Under the pieces are notes generated by a model. That model did not search any database, was not told the origin of the DNA, and worked only from the letters and a program-made list of their open reading frames with translations. From positions 81,158,001 through 81,222,000 of the forward strand of contig CM069137.1 in NCBI GenBank assembly GCA_035221665.1: DNA of 64,000 bases, in the 5' to 3' direction. A program made the translations under genes and the position numbers. This DNA comes from Okamejei kenojei (lineage: Eukaryota). This document shows, in pieces, positions 11,120-24,984 of this stretch. The number at the start of each line of letters is the position of its first letter. Within the stretch, counting starts at the first letter, position 1.

Positions 11120-11146
11120 CCGCGCGAAAGCGAAACCGCGCGAAAA
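11120..11146 (-). promoter_or_regulatory. Tandem E2F-like sites in a small CpG-rich patch
   Basis: GCGCGAAA twice (minus strand TTTCGCGC) at 11122-11129 and 11138-11145, within CpG-rich 11085-11225. Confidence 0.3.
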
Positions 11147-11761
11147 CCAGCAGCCCCTCCCGAGTCGCGCCACCGCGGCTTCCGAACGCCGGGTTCGATA
11201 CCTGCGTGCGCCAGCAGGCGCTGCTACAATGCAGAGCAGCAGTCAGCTGTACATTTACAGTTCCATATCCACGATCCCCTCTGAACAAGTTGGGAGTTAT
11301 AAAGGATAAACAACATGAAGACAATGAAGACAATATTCCCAGATATCCCATTTAACTTGGCATAGTCTGCCCCAGGCTCTGCACCACTACTATTGCTTAC
11401 TACTGATTCATTGGAAAAATCTTCACGCTGAGGATTAACACTGACCCCATGCTTCAGAAGTTAAAATAATTCTGTTCCATTTTCGTTTGCTATGGTAAAT
11501 ATTTCAAAAATATTAGCTCCCTAGGCATGAAATCTCAATGCTCAATGCCAGCAGGACAATTGCCTGACTCGGAAATCTGAATACGTATATAGATATCAAA
11601 TCTCTACAAATTGCTATTGGTTACCATGAGCACTGGAGACCAACATATAGTGTAATTACTGATAACGCTGAACTTTTGTGTCTCAAGTAATAGCTTACAG
11701 CCTTTAATTTATTTTTAACATACAAAATATCCTCATACAAAGCAACACCAGATTTAAAGGT

Positions 11762-12100
11762 GGGGTGGCACAGGGGTGGCACAGGGACACAGTGGTAGAG
11801 TTGCTGCCTTACAGCGCTTGTAGCACCGGATACCCAGATTCGATCCCGACTACGGGTGCTGTCTGTATGGAGTTTGTACGTTCTCTCCATGACCTGCGTG
11901 GGTTTTCTCCGAGATCTTCGGTTTTCTGCCACACTCCAAAGACAGACAGGTTTGTAGGTAAATTGGCTTGGTGTATGTGTAAATTGTCCCAAGTGTGTGT
12001 TGGATAGTGTTTATGTGCGGGGATCACTGGTTGGCGCAGACCCGGTGGGCCGAAGGCCTGTTTCCCACTCTGTGTCTCTTACCTAAACTCAACTAAATCA
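11762..12100 (+). mobile_element. HE1/V-SINE, near full length
   Basis: tRNA-like head with A box (TGGCACAG..GGTAGAG) and B box-like GATTCGATCCC, V-domain gtatggagtttgtacgttctc..gtgggttttctcc, CR1-like tail. Confidence 0.85.
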
Positions 12101-12518
12101 AGTCTGATTAGGGAGGATCTGCTGCTTACAGCATGGCAGTTACTACATGGCAGCTACATTATTGCTATCCACTGCCAATAATTGAGAATGGTCAAAGGGA
12201 AACAGTCAAGTAGCATCTGTTGTGCCGGTTTGAGGGGAAGAGAAATCTAGAGATGGATTCTGGTCTTTAGCCATGGTAGAGGAAATGAAAATAAAGTGGT
12301 GGATACCACAGCCAGACCCCTTAGCTTTTGTTTGTTAACCATCCTGGGGTGAACTAGAGTCCCAAAAATAAATTAGATTGATGTTGTTTATACTGACAGT
12401 ACCATCAGCCAAGTTGGTTCCAAATGCATTGGCTTATGCCTTGCCTATGGGATCAACCAGCAGACCATTGATGCTTGTTTACCTCTTGTACTTCCATACC
12501 ATGTGCTCAGGCCATTTT

Positions 12519-13435
12519 TAGATTAGATAGATTAGATTCCTTTATTGTCATTCAGACCTTTCGGTCCGAACGAAATTCTTGTTACCTTGCAGTTATAACA
12601 TACAACAAAAAATTAAAAAACACATAATAAACACATATTTAACATCCACCACAGTGAGTTCACCAGGCACCTCTTCACTGTGGTGGAAGGCAAAAGTCTT
12701 AAAGTCTTTGTCTTCTTCCCTCCCTGTTCTCCCCCTGCGCTGAGGCGATCCAGGCCCCCGATGTTATCGCCCACTAGGCCCGCGGCCGAGCCTCCGAAGC
12801 CGGGCTGCCGCCACCGCCGTCGCCGGAATGCTGGAACACCGCCACAGCTCCGAATCAGGGTCCACTGCTGGAACGCTGGAGCACCGCAGCTCTGAAGCCG
12901 GACCGCCACTGGAGCACCACTGGAACGCCGTTGGAGCAACCGCTGGAGCACCGCAGCTCTGAAGCCGGACCGCCGCTGGAGCACCACTGGAACGCCGCTG
13001 GGGCAACCGCTGGAGCACTGGAGCTCTGAAGCCAGGCCGCCGCTGGAACGCCGCTAGAACGCCACTGGAGCGCCGCTGGAGCACCGCTGGAACGCCACTA
13101 GAGCACCGCAGCTCCGAAGCCGGGTCACCGCCGCCGCTGGAACGCTATAGCTCTGAATGCTGAACGCTCGCCACAGCTCCGAGGCAGCCAGCTCCGCCAT
13201 TAGGCTTCCGCCATTAGGCCTCAGCACAGACGGAGACGGTGACGTGGGATACGACAAGAAAAGGTCACATCCCTCTGAAGGGAGAGACCAAAACCCTGTT
13301 TCTCCCACCCTCCCCCCCCCACACACACAAACGCAACCTAACAAACCAAAACAGACACAAGAAGACAAAAAAAAGAAAAAACAGACGGACTGCAGGCATG
13401 CCGCAGCTGCCACGCAGCGCCGCCACTTCCCGAAT
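12519..13435 (-). mobile_element. Non-autonomous LINE-derived retroposon with internal GC-rich VNTR
   Basis: Minus-strand start ggaagtggcggcgct, LINE-like 3' end with (TCTAA)-type tail, and gccgctggagcaccgcagctctgaagccgg / ccgctggaacg repeats at ~12825-13160. Confidence 0.6.
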
Positions 13436-13727
13436 TTGTAGAACATAGAACAGTACAGCCCAGGAACAGGTTCTTCAGATCACTATGTCTGCATCAAATA
13501 TGATCCCATAGTGAACTAGTCCCTTCTGCCTGCATATGATCCATATCCCTGCATCCCAACATGTTCATGTGCCTATCAAAAGCCCCATAAATGCCAGTAT
13601 CAAATCTTCCTCCACCACCACCTCCGGCAACGCTTTCCCTCTCTAACATTAAAGCTATACCTTCTGGTCTTTAACATTACCACCCTGGGAAAAGATTCTG
13701 ACTATCTATGCCTTTCATAATTTGATA

Positions 13728-14395
13728 TGAATGAATGAATGAATGAATGAATGAATGAATGAATGAATGAATAGGTTTATTGGCCAAGTATTCACATACA
13801 AGTGACAACATGACATACAGTGACAGTTAGGAATGGCGCATAAAACATTAAACATTAATAATAAAACATTATCGATTAAACATGTGAATTAAATAAAATA
13901 CCAGAGCAAAAGGAGGCTACAGAGTTTTGGTTATTGAGTATAGCTACTACTCGTGGAAAAAAGGTTGTTTTTATGTCAGGCTGTGGCAGCTTTGACAGTC
14001 CGGAGTCACCTTCCAGAGGGAAGTGATTCAAAGAGTTTGTGGCCAGTGTGAGATGGGGTCAGAGATGATCTTACCCGCTCGCTTCCAGGCCCTTGCAGTG
14101 TACAGTTCATCAATGGAGGGAAGGTTGCAACCAAGAACCTTCTTTGATGATCGGACGATTCGCTGCAGCCTCCAGATGTTGTGCTTGGTGACTGAGCCAA
14201 ACTAGACCATGACGGAGAAGGTGAGGACAGACTCTACGATGGCTGTGTAGAATTGGACCATCATTGCCTGTGGCGTATTGTGCTTACTTTGCTGCCGCAG
14301 GAAGTACATCCTCTGTTGTGCCTTTTTGACTGTGGAGTTGATGGTGGCCTCCCATTTAAGGTCCTTGGAGATGATGGTTCCCAGGAACTTAAAAG
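13728..14395 (-). mobile_element. Rex1-like LINE 3' fragment with (TTCA)n tail
   Basis: (GAAT)n at 13728-13772; HTGHKLFESLPSGR and FKFLGTIIS..KAQQRMYFLRQ on the minus strand. Confidence 0.8.
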
Positions 14396-15968
14396 ACTAG
14401 CTGCTTGCAGTGTAGCTGCTTGCAGTGTAGCTGCTGCTGGCACTGATGATGGTTGCCACGGTGTACTGATCCTTGCTGTAATTTTATATTCTTCTATCCC
14501 TTCAGCTGCTAATGTTCCAGAGAAAACAATCAAAGGTTGTCCAAACAGGTTGTATTGCCAATACTGTCCCTCTTGCAACGAAGTCTTTATAATGTTCACA
14601 ATGCCATTGTTCCATGCACTGATCCAGGCTCTAAGTTCGTCAGTTTTACCAATAATATTCCTTGCATTGAAATACACACAGATCCGTCCATCGTGCAAAG
14701 CTATTCAGTCAACGAAAAGATACACGAGTACAATCGTGCCATCCACAGTGTACAGATATAGGATAAAGGTTATAACGTTTAGTGCAAGATAAAGTCTAAC
14801 AAAGTCCGATTAAAGATAGTTTGAATGTCTCTAATGAGAAAGATAGGAGGTCATGACAGCTCTCTAGCTGGTGATAGGATGATTCAGTTGTTTGATAACA
14901 GCTGAGAATAAACTGTCCATGAATCTGGAGGCATGCATTCATAAACCCAATAAACCTACAAACCGATACGTCATTAGGATGTGGGTGGAAACTAGAGCAC
15001 CTGGAGGAAACCTACACAGTCACAGGGAGAACATGCAAACACCACATAGACAGCGCACAAGGTGAGGATAGAACCTGGCACTCTGGCACTGTGAGGCAGT
15101 AGCACTACCAGCTGCTCCACAGGGAAGGGCAAGGATGGGGGTTAAAGGAGAAATGGGAGATACAGAGATGGGAGATGAGTGTACAAAGAAGGAAAGGTCT
15201 ATGGTAGGGGTGGGGGAGATGTGTGTAGAAATCTACACTTCTTGCTGCCTCAGCAATGCCAGCAGCATAATCAAGGACGAGTCACACCCCAGACACACCT
15301 TGTCTCCCCTCTCCCATCGGGCAGATACATTAGTATGAAAATGCACGCCTCCAGATTCAGGAACAATTTCTTCCCAGCTGACATCAGGCAACTGTACCTC
15401 ACAAACTCGAGAGCAGTCCTGACCTACCATCTCCCTCATTGGGGACCCTTGGATTATCTTAAATTGGACTTTACTGGACTTTATCTTGCACTAAATGTTA
15501 TTCCCTTTATCCTGTATCAGTACACTGTGGACGGCTTGAGTGTAAACATGGTAGTCTTTCCACTGACTGGATAGCACGCAACAAAAAAGGTTTTCACTGT
15601 ACATCGGTGCACATAACAACAAACTAAACTAAACTAATATATCGGAATGCATTGCAGAGGGGGTGGATGGCATTGGAATTAAATAGGGAGTAGGAGGGTA
15701 TTACTTGAGGTTGGAGAATTTAATGTTAATTGCCAATCAAACCCCTCTCACCTGCATCCATCTATCACTTACCAGGCTTTGTCTAACCCCCAATTCTTTC
15801 TTCCAGCTTTCTCCCCCTACTCCAATCAGTTTGAAGAAGAGTCCCAACTATAAATGTTACCTACCCATCCACAGATGATACTTGACCTACTTAATTCCTC
15901 CAGCACTTTGTGTTTTGTTCAAGATTCCAGCATCTGCAGTCTATCATGTCTCTTATTCTTAAAAAGTA

Positions 15969-16547
15969 CTAGACTAAGTGGGACCCGTTGGATCCCATGT
16001 TCACATGGGGGGGGGGGGGCTGGTCCCCCAACGCAATATTCCACCTCTCCACCAATTCCAATATTGGTGGCCAGTGGGGGGAGGGGCTTTCTAGAGTGTG
16101 TGTATGAGTGTTGTGGGCTGAAGGGCCTGGTTTCCAGAGGGTTAGTATGGATATTGTGGACCAAATCAATTCTTGGGCTGGCAGCTCAGTCACTCAGGCC
16201 TGGTGGGCTGGCAGCTCATTCACTCAGGCCTGGTGGGCTGACAGTTCACTCACGGCTATTCCTAAAATTCCATTTCAAGCAGAGTGCAGGCCACCAAATT
16301 CAAATGCAATTTCATATAATTTGGGCTTTATACCCCTTTATCATGGTGATTGACAGGCGAGAGGACCAATCAGCTGATCTCAAGATTTTTACTCATAACA
16401 TTTTTATTTTTCATCGATCGGAAAAATCCTCGAAGCTGCCTCAGCGGAAGAGGACTGTAAGATGGCCAAAAATCATAGCGATATATGGTAGCATTTTTTC
16501 CAAAATCAATACACAGCACAGGAAGATGAGATTTTTAGTTATATAGA
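15969..16547 (-). mobile_element. Non-autonomous Helitron
   Basis: Minus strand starts TCTATATAACT and ends GGGATCCAACGGGTCCC (hairpin) ACTTAGTCTAG; inserted between A and T with no TSD; internal 30-bp repeat about x3 at ~16173-16250. Confidence 0.8.
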
Positions 16548-16699
16548 TTCTCTGACTTTTCCATGGTAACAGAATTTACTCGTACAGTTATTATATGATA
16601 TGGTGTGCACATTGCTTCAAAAGCATCGAGAATGGTCCAAGTCGTAATTGTATTCCCCTCATTCTTCACCTACTCCATGTCTCTTTTAGACTTTTACAC

Positions 16700-17010
16700 A
16701 TTAGAGGTACTGCGGGAACAGGCCGTTCAGTCCACTGGGTTTGTGCCGACCAACAATCACCCCATACACTAGCACTATCCAACACACTAGGGACAATGTA
16801 TAATTTGTTTTAACAGGAGACAACAAGTAACCTACAAACCTGTACTTTGGAGTGTGGGAGGAAATCGGAGCACCCGGAGAAAACCACGCGGTCACTGGGA
16901 GAATGTACACACTCCGTACAGACAGCACCCATAGTCAGAATCAAACCTGAGTCTCTCAGGTCTGAGTCTCCGTAGTAGAGCAACTCTACCACTGCGCCAC
17001 ACTGCAGCGC
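16700..17010 (-). mobile_element. HE1/V-SINE copy
   Basis: Reverse-complement similarity to 11775-12095. Confidence 0.7.
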
Positions 17011-19859
17011 CACTTTGACTCTTTCCCTTGCGATCATCTTTTTTCAAAGGCTATCCGAGTTAGCCCCTGTTAACTTACTTACCTCTTTTCGCCCTGGTGA
17101 TGCCTAACCTGATCAATAGTCCAAAATTTCCCACTTGAACAATAATACTTGTTTAATAAATTGGTAAAGTGACAGCATTTGTGTGTGTTTGAAAGCATCC
17201 CTGCCACAAGTAAGAGGTGAGTGTTTCATGGCACAAGCTAGTAAAAGGCAGTTCAAAATATTCCATATTTGCTTACAGTATGGAGGAGGTAATTTTGACC
17301 TATTGAATAAATGCTAGCTCATCAAGCTAATCCCATTCCCCACTAATTTTCCCCTAGCAGCTTCCCACCTTCTCGATTGTAGCACTGTTTTGCTGTGGCC
17401 AATCAACCTATCAACCTGTGGGATGTGGATGTGGGAGGATACCTCAATGCAGTGATAGATAATACATGCAAACTCCACACAGACAGCATCACTGGAGGTG
17501 TGAGGAAAATGCTCTAATAACTGTACTACTGTTCACATAAATAATACAAAAGAGAGCTCTGAATTAGGCTGGATTTGATTTACAGGCAGCCTAATTAAAA
17601 AATGCATAACTGTCTGGATTCTAATGAATGTTCTACATCCAAAAGATTCCTAGCGTATTCCCAGACACTGATAAATTAGATGGTTACAAGTAGCATCTTC
17701 TTTTTGCATTATTTTAGTTTTTGTTGCTTTCTCAGTCCGTCTGTATTATCAGTAAGATATTTTTTGGTTGTTACTGCATGTTTTACTGGATATTTTCCTT
17801 TCATAATCCCAGTGGATTTTGGAGCATCAATGAATCATTAATGAAGCCTTTAAGATAAATGCCACAATGTGGGTTCCATCTGGAGACGAGTTTCAAAGTC
17901 TGTATGCATTTGAATCTAAATGAGGATAATTTAAAATTTTCAGATTTTTTAGCTTTTGCATATTTTTGCCAGTTTGGATTTCAACAACAGTTCTGGCTGC
18001 GTGTTAGAGTCTTGTTGTCAGATCAAAGCCTTGGTTTCTTGGTCAATGGACAGCAAAGGGAAATCTAATGAGAGGATCAAGTACATTTTAAAACATTTAT
18101 TATGCAGGGATTATGTCAAAGGAAAGTTTGGATCAGATGGAATGGCATACAAAAATGACTGCCTCAATGGGATGTTTTACATTTATTGTTGATGCCTTCT
18201 ATGACGTATTTCTTGTTGGAAACAGAAATAATCCTATTTGAAAATTAAATTCCAGCTGAGAACCAAATGATTCTTCAACCTTTAGCGGCTAACCTAATTA
18301 GTAAGGACATTTCTAATTCCAATGCTAATTCAGGAACATTCCAATACATGTTCCTAATATAGCCATAGTTCTTAAGAAGGTTATGTTAAATGTTCAGGGC
18401 CATGTACTACTCTTGTTTCACACGAGAAACATGGATAATTAATAGATTTACATTGTAATTTGTGAACCACTACTAAAATTGCAAGTCGGCACATCTTTGA
18501 TATATCTGCGGACATCATTTCTGGAGTGGAAGTTAACCAATAACGGATAACTCGCAGTAATCGGAGATAGAAATGCAGACTCAAGAAACTGCAGGTGCTG
18601 GAATTCTTAATCGAAACACAAAGGAACTCAGCACAGCGGGCAACACCTGGGATGGGAATGGACAGGTGATGTTTCAGGTTGAGACCCTTTTTCAGACTGA
18701 TGGAAATGAATCTGGGATAGACCAACAAACTGAAGTCTACAGCAGGGCGGTTTGTCCAAAATTGGACTTTGCCCTCAGCTCGCAAACTTCATTGAGCTGG
18801 CAGTGAATTCAGTTTGCCCTTTGGAGAATATTAACCTTGATCTTCTTGTTTTGTTAGCATCTGGCCTTGGTTTTGAGGAGAAGGGACTGGGGTCACTCCA
18901 GTGTTCTGTGACACTCGATGGACAAACAACTGCAGGTCCTGTCTTCATGTGAAAAGTTATATATACATATTTTAAAATTATTTGATCTTTCTCAGCAGTG
19001 GGTGGTCCCCATCAATGTCTAGGCTAGGAAGACCTCACTGGAGCAGGGACTGCTCCTGATCAATTCAACGCAGTGCAGTTAATGAAATAGGCATCATGTT
19101 CTGTGTCACAAAGAGGCATCTCAGCATGAACCGCATAATCAAGGATAAGTTACACCCTGGCCACTCCTGCTTCTCCCCTTTCCCATCAAGCAAAAGGTGA
19201 AGATGTGCACCTCCAAATTCAGGGACAGTTTCTTCCCAGCTGTTATCAGGCAAATGAACCATCCTACCAACAACTACAGAGAAGTCCTGAGCTATATTCG
19301 AGGCATTCAGACTACCGTTGGTCGGACTTTACTGGACTTTATCTTGTACTAAACCTTATTCACATTTATCATGAGTCTGTACACTGTGGATTGCTCGATT
19401 ATAATCATGTATTGTCTTTCCGCTGACTGGTTAGCACGCAATAAAAGCTATTCACTGCACTTCAGTACACATGACAATAAACTAAACTCAAAATTAATGT
19501 GACAAACCATAGCCGAGCAAAACTAATCCTTTTTCCCCTTAAGATTATATTTTTCATCACTTTAAACCTTCTTAAACCATCATAATCATTCTTGATTGGT
19601 ACAGGTGTCAGAGGTTATGAGGAGAAGGCAGGATAATGGGGTTAGGAGAGAGAGATAGATCAGCCATGATTGAATGTGGAGTAGACTTGATGGGCCAAAT
19701 TACCTAATTCTACTACTATCATTTATGACCTTATGACATAAACAAATATAGAGGCCAAAAGGTTTGTTAGTCTGCCTTTTAGTAAATGTCACAATCAAAG
19801 ATCTTAGAGCTCTAAGATCTTTGGTCACAATGAGAGAAAAACAGAGCTTTGCATCATAA

Positions 19860-20623
19860 AGGGCCTGTCCCACAGACGTGACCTTTCAGCGACTGTCTTC
19901 GACCTTCAAGCTCGAGGGTACTCGCCTGAGAAACCTCGAGCTGGATCGACCATCAGCGATGAAACCGCGTGCTGGATCGACCGACCGCACACGCACACAC
20001 AAACACATCACAAAGGCGGGGGCCAGGGAAAGCGGGGGAGCGCTGTCTGAATTTCAAACCCACAATGAGCAGAAAGGTAAAAGATGGCTGCACAGTAAGT
20101 CCTTTAGAGAGCGCGAGGGTGGGGGGAGAGACGGGGAGAGAGGGGGAGAGAAGGGGAGAGAAGGGGAGCGAAGGAGAGAGAAGGGGGGGGAGAAGGAGTG
20201 GAGACACTTTTAAGAAGCCAGACAATGTTTAATAAAGTTTAGCGGGCATTTTACATTATCGGTCATTTTTTCTTGGTCCTGAAAACTCCAATGAGCCAAT
20301 TAAAATGACTGGTCAGCGAAGGAGATTGCCTATGGCTGCCCTTGACTGCCTGTAACTACATAGCGAGCCCACTCCACTGCACTATGCATTCAAAACTACC
20401 ATGTCGACCAATTTTTACTCGCGGAAAATGTTTCAACATGCTGATAATTTTTCCTCGACCAAACTGAGGACGCGAGTATGCGGGAACTTCCCTCGAGCAT
20501 GAAGGAGAGTTCCAGTGACCTCATAGGACCTCCTAGGACCACGTGTCGACCATGCTGCGAGTTTGAGTTGAGTGCAAACTTTTCTAAACTCGCAGATTAG
20601 GTCGCCGCAGTGGGACAGCCCCT
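19860..20623. mobile_element. PIF/Harbinger-type MITE
   Basis: TIRs AGGGCCTGTCCCAC / GTGGGACAGCCCCT, TAA TSD, internal GA-rich tract. Confidence 0.85.
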
Positions 20624-20816
20624 TAAGGTCATAAGGAATAGGAGTAGAATTAGGCTATTTGGCCCATCAAGTCTACTCCGCCATTCAGTCATGGCTGATC
20701 TATCTCTCCCTCTTAACCTATGCATCCTATTCTCATAAAGTCTGTGGAGAATATAATATCACAGGAACCAGATGGCTGTTCAAGTACATACACATGCCTG
20801 GTTAACTGCAGGATAA

Positions 20817-21473
20817 AGCCCCTGTCCCACTTAAGCAATTTTTTCGGTGACTACAGACCATTAGGTTGTCGCCACATGGTCGCGGGATGACGCTTGTATG
20901 GTCGTGAGTAGTCTCCTCAAGCCGCCCAAAGAGTCATAATGTTTTTCTGGTCGCCGCTGGATTTTGAAATGTTCAAAACCTTTCGGCCACTGTGGGCTTG
21001 ACGTGGCTTGTCTTCTCCTGTCGTAGGCGCTGTCGTAGGTTGTCGCCGGGATGACGCAGGTTGTCACCTGCTGACGTTGGTTGGCGCCGGGTGTTGGCCG
21101 GTGATTTCCATTGGCGACTACCTACGTCAACCGGCGACACGTACCGGCGACTGAATTGTGTTCAGTTGTCTTCAGTTGTCGCCGACAGGGTTGTTGCTTG
21201 TCGTAAATTGTTGCGGGTGGACTTTGGTTGTCGTAGGTTGTCACCTATGTAGTCACAGTTGTGGTAGGTGTGGTCATAGGTGGATGTCTAATGGTCGCCG
21301 GTTGTCGGTAGCTTGCCGTAGCTTGACGTCGATTAGGTGGTAGGTTGTCATGTAGCTTGTCGTAGGCATTGTCGTGGGGGGGGGGGTCCAGTCACCGGTT
21401 TTTCGGCGACCTGGTAGGACTGTGACAGTCGCCGGCAGTCGCCGAAAAAAATCGCCTAAGTGGGACAGGCCCT
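20817..21473. mobile_element. PIF/Harbinger-type MITE with internal GTCGCC/GTTGTC-rich repeats
   Basis: TIRs AGCCCCTGTCCCACTTA / TAAGTGGGACAGGCCCT, TAA TSD; same family at 39226, 41905 and 45780. Confidence 0.85.
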
Positions 21474-22027
21474 TAAGTCAAGGTTTTCCCCCTCTGAACT
21501 CATTACTCCATAATCTTCTGCCCATTGAGTGGAATGAAGGGACGAATAAATGTTATTGTGGGCACCGAACCTATAAAACCAAGCAGTGCATCACCTGGAC
21601 TTTACAACATTGTCTAACAATAAAATACAAAGCAATAAAAGGCCTTATCTAAGGCATTACATTAAAATACAATCAGAGCAGCCGGAGGTCAGCTGACCTG
21701 GTTGTTCTGACCGATCAAGCAATACTCAAAAACAAGGATATTATCATCTTATAGCTCATTATTTATCAAGAGGGACTAACAATCGCCCATGAAGTAATTA
21801 CTGTAATGTTAGTGCAATCCCATTATAAATATGTCATTTCATGATTCACCTCCACTGACAACAGATTTTTCTTGACTGTTGAACTGGGCTCACCCATAGA
21901 GTATGTGAAGCCAAGCTTAACGAGAACTGATGGAATTAGTAATGTCGTCAGAGTTCTCATACAAAAATACAAGGATAGATTGCTACCAACAAAGAATTTG
22001 CAGTTCATTTTATATTAACAGTTAAAG

Positions 22028-22270
22028 AGTCATAGATTCATGCAGCATGGAAACAGGCCCTGCAGCCCAACTTGCCCACACCAGCCACCATGACCCATCT
22101 ACACCAGTCCCACCTGCCTGCGTTTGGCCCATAGCTCCCTAAACCTGTCCTATCCATGTACCTGTCTAAACGTTTCTTGAACTTTGGGATAGTCCCTGCC
22201 TCAATGACCTCCTCTACCAGCTTGTTCCATACACCCACCACCCTTTGTGTAAAAAAGTTACCCCTCAGGT
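22028..22270 (-). mobile_element. CR1 LINE 3' end
   Basis: NLRGNFFTQRVVGVWNKL.EEVIEAGTI..FKKRLDRYM. Confidence 0.8.
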
Positions 22271-24702
22271 TCGAGCCAAGGGATGACAGAGGGCAGAGGG
22301 TTTCCATTTGGCCCATTATACCAGGGCTGGCACATTGATAGAGCCATCCACTTATGATCCCATTCTTGCAGTCTATGCACCAGTACATATTTCTTTTCCA
22401 GGTATTTATCCAAATTCCTTTTGATTTTTTTGATTGAATCTGTTTCCACAACCCTTTCGGTTAGTGCAGTCCAAATTCCCGGTGATTTGTTTTATTGTCA
22501 ATTTATCTCAAGTCTGTGTCCTCTGATTACTGAACTTTTTAGGACTTTTTATGTATGGGTTCTCTTCAGGACTGTACTTCTTTGCTATTTTTCCCCCTGC
22601 ATCTACTCTTGCCCCATGGAAATCTCAGTCTGAACTCAGAGGGCTCACTTTCCACCACAGATGTAGATTTGCAAACCATTTTGCAAACCTTTTTGCCTCA
22701 GTGTGCACAAGCCAAATGAGCATCATCATTGAAGAGTGCATCAGAACTGATTTGCTTCCAAGGATATTCCAGATAATTATTGTCCCATTTAATTAAAATG
22801 ATAGTCATACAATTTAATTACAAGCATGCTTGCAATGAAGCAGAAAGAGTGGAAAAGCCGACGGCACTGGTTGCAGATAGATCTCACTATGCACTTCTGC
22901 TGAGGACTGAGAGAAGTCAAATGAATATGTTGTAACATATTTAGATTCCTTATGTTCCATATTCATAGCCAAATTTGTACCTACATTAACTGGCACTGCA
23001 AGATTTTTTATACTCCTCCATAAAAATTCATAAAGTGCTTGGATATATGAAATATGCAAAACAGTAGAGACACAAACAACTGCAGATGCTGTAATCTTGA
23101 ACAAAACACAAAATTCTGGAGGAACTCAGTGGGTCAGGCAGCATCTGTGGAGGGAATGGACAGATGATGTTTCAGGTCCAGATTCCTATTCAGACTGTCT
23201 GAAGACTGATGATGAATGCTGACTCAAAATGTCGCCTGTCCGTTCTTTCCACATATGCTGCCTGATCCGCTGAGTTCCTCCTGCACTTTGTGCTTTGCTT
23301 TTAGTCAAAACAATAGCCAGCCTGGGCATGGGCAGCAGAGAATTTGGCTGACGGACTTAAAAGCAAAAAGATTGCAACCTCTGGCTACGCAGGACATCAG
23401 AATGTAATTTGGCCTGCAGTCTAAAAGGTACTGAGCTGATAACAGATTCTTGGGGCAAACACCAGAAGAAGACTGAAGGACACAGAATGCTGGAGTAACT
23501 CAGCAGGTCAGGCTACATAAGGTCATAAGATATAAGATTAGAATTAGGCCATTTGGCTCATCGTCTGATGTATCATGGCTGATCTATCTCTCCCTCCTAA
23601 TCCCATTCTCCTGCCTTCTTCCCATAACCTCTGACACCTGTAGGAATTCTGCAATCCAAGGTGAAATTGTACAATCTTGCTCTTTGTAGGAACTAGGAAC
23701 TGCAGATGCTGGTTTACACAAGAGGACACAAAGTGCTGGAGTAACTCAATGGGTCAGGCAGCATCTCTGGAGAACATGGATAGGTGATGTTCGGGTCGGA
23801 ACCCATCTTCAGACCCCTATCCATGTCCTCACACTCATTCACACTAGTTCTATGTTATCCCATTTTCTCATCCACTCTTTGCACACTAGGGGCACTTTAC
23901 AGAGGCCAATTAATCTACAAGCCTGCATGAAGTTGTAAAATTGTCCCTAGTGTGTAGGATTACTGTATGGGGTGATCACTGGTCGGCGTGGACAGTGGGC
24001 CAAAGGGCCTGTTTCCGCACTGTATCTCTATAGTCTGTCTAAAGTCTAAATCAAACCAAACCTCTACCTAAAACCCCCCATCACTTTATTCCTTCATATT
24101 AAACAATTTTTGAGTTTGTTAGTTTGCTCGCTAACATCTCTGAAGTTAGTTTGCTCGTTAAGATCTCAGGAGTAACTTTATCGCTTTTTCCTTCCTTGGA
24201 TGTACCTTTTCAAACCTCTAGTTTCCCTTTCCCATGTCTGATGAAGGGTCTCGACCTGAAATGCCACCTATTCCTTTTCTCCAGAGATGCTGCCTGTCCT
24301 GTTGAGTTACTCCAGCGTTTTGTGTCAGTTTCCAGTAAAACCTCCATTGCAAATGATGTCTATTATATTTAGGTCAGAGCATTTGCCCATTATCTTTCCA
24401 AACTCCTGCCAGCATTTCATTATATGCGCCATCGTGACCTATCCTTTAGAGGGTGCAGCTGTACGCTCTTCATTGCCTTCCCATTGACCCACCAGCCTGC
24501 TCACGCCATCACTCCCTGCGAACGCATGACGATGACCTTGGGGAATTCTATGTGATGAGACCAACACAATTACAGATTCCCTGAAGGGCATTATTACAAA
24601 TCGTCAGCTACTGAGTCAATTATCCCTGCCATTTGTTCTGCCAGCTGTGTGATAACGATCAAGATAATTGCAATAGTCAGAATGGATTAGTTTTAATCAG
24701 AG

Positions 24703-24984
24703 TGTGGCGTCAGCCTAAGCACGGGCCACTTATGCTTGAACCCTCGTCAGGAGATACGAGGGCGGGCATGTGACGTCATGGGCTTGAGGGAGTGTCCTTT
24801 AAGGTCTCTCACCTCGAGACCTTGGGGAGTCAACAGGTAGCTGAGCCCGAGAGATCAACCTCGCTCAGCTACAGCAACATTGTAATATGGTTAGCGCACC
24901 AACTTAATGTGTCACCACTGAATAAACAACACTTTGAACCAGCCTGACGTCTCACCTTTATTCACCATGTTTGGTGCCGCTACA
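24703..24984 (+). mobile_element. Putative solo LTR (Gypsy-like)
   Basis: TG...CA with imperfect terminal inverted repeats TGTGGCGTCA / TGCCGCTACA, TGACGTCA motif, TTTAAG TATA-like element, AATAAA at 24921; flanks agag/aggg. Confidence 0.6.

Noticed and set aside
11165-11215. tRNA gene (GGTTCGATACC..CCA)
   Set aside because: A B-box-like motif is present, but I could not build a convincing cloverleaf or find an A box.
12613-13448. Several 70-130 aa ORFs on both strands
   Set aside because: They arise from a GC-rich VNTR lacking stop codons.
15854-16546. 230-aa ORF
   Set aside because: It runs antisense through a Penelope end and a non-autonomous Helitron; no domain similarity.
18790-18950. 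Homeobox-like peptide (KTRRSRLIFSKGQ) on the minus strand
   Set aside because: No helix-3 WFxNRR in frame, and a stop follows; likely chance.
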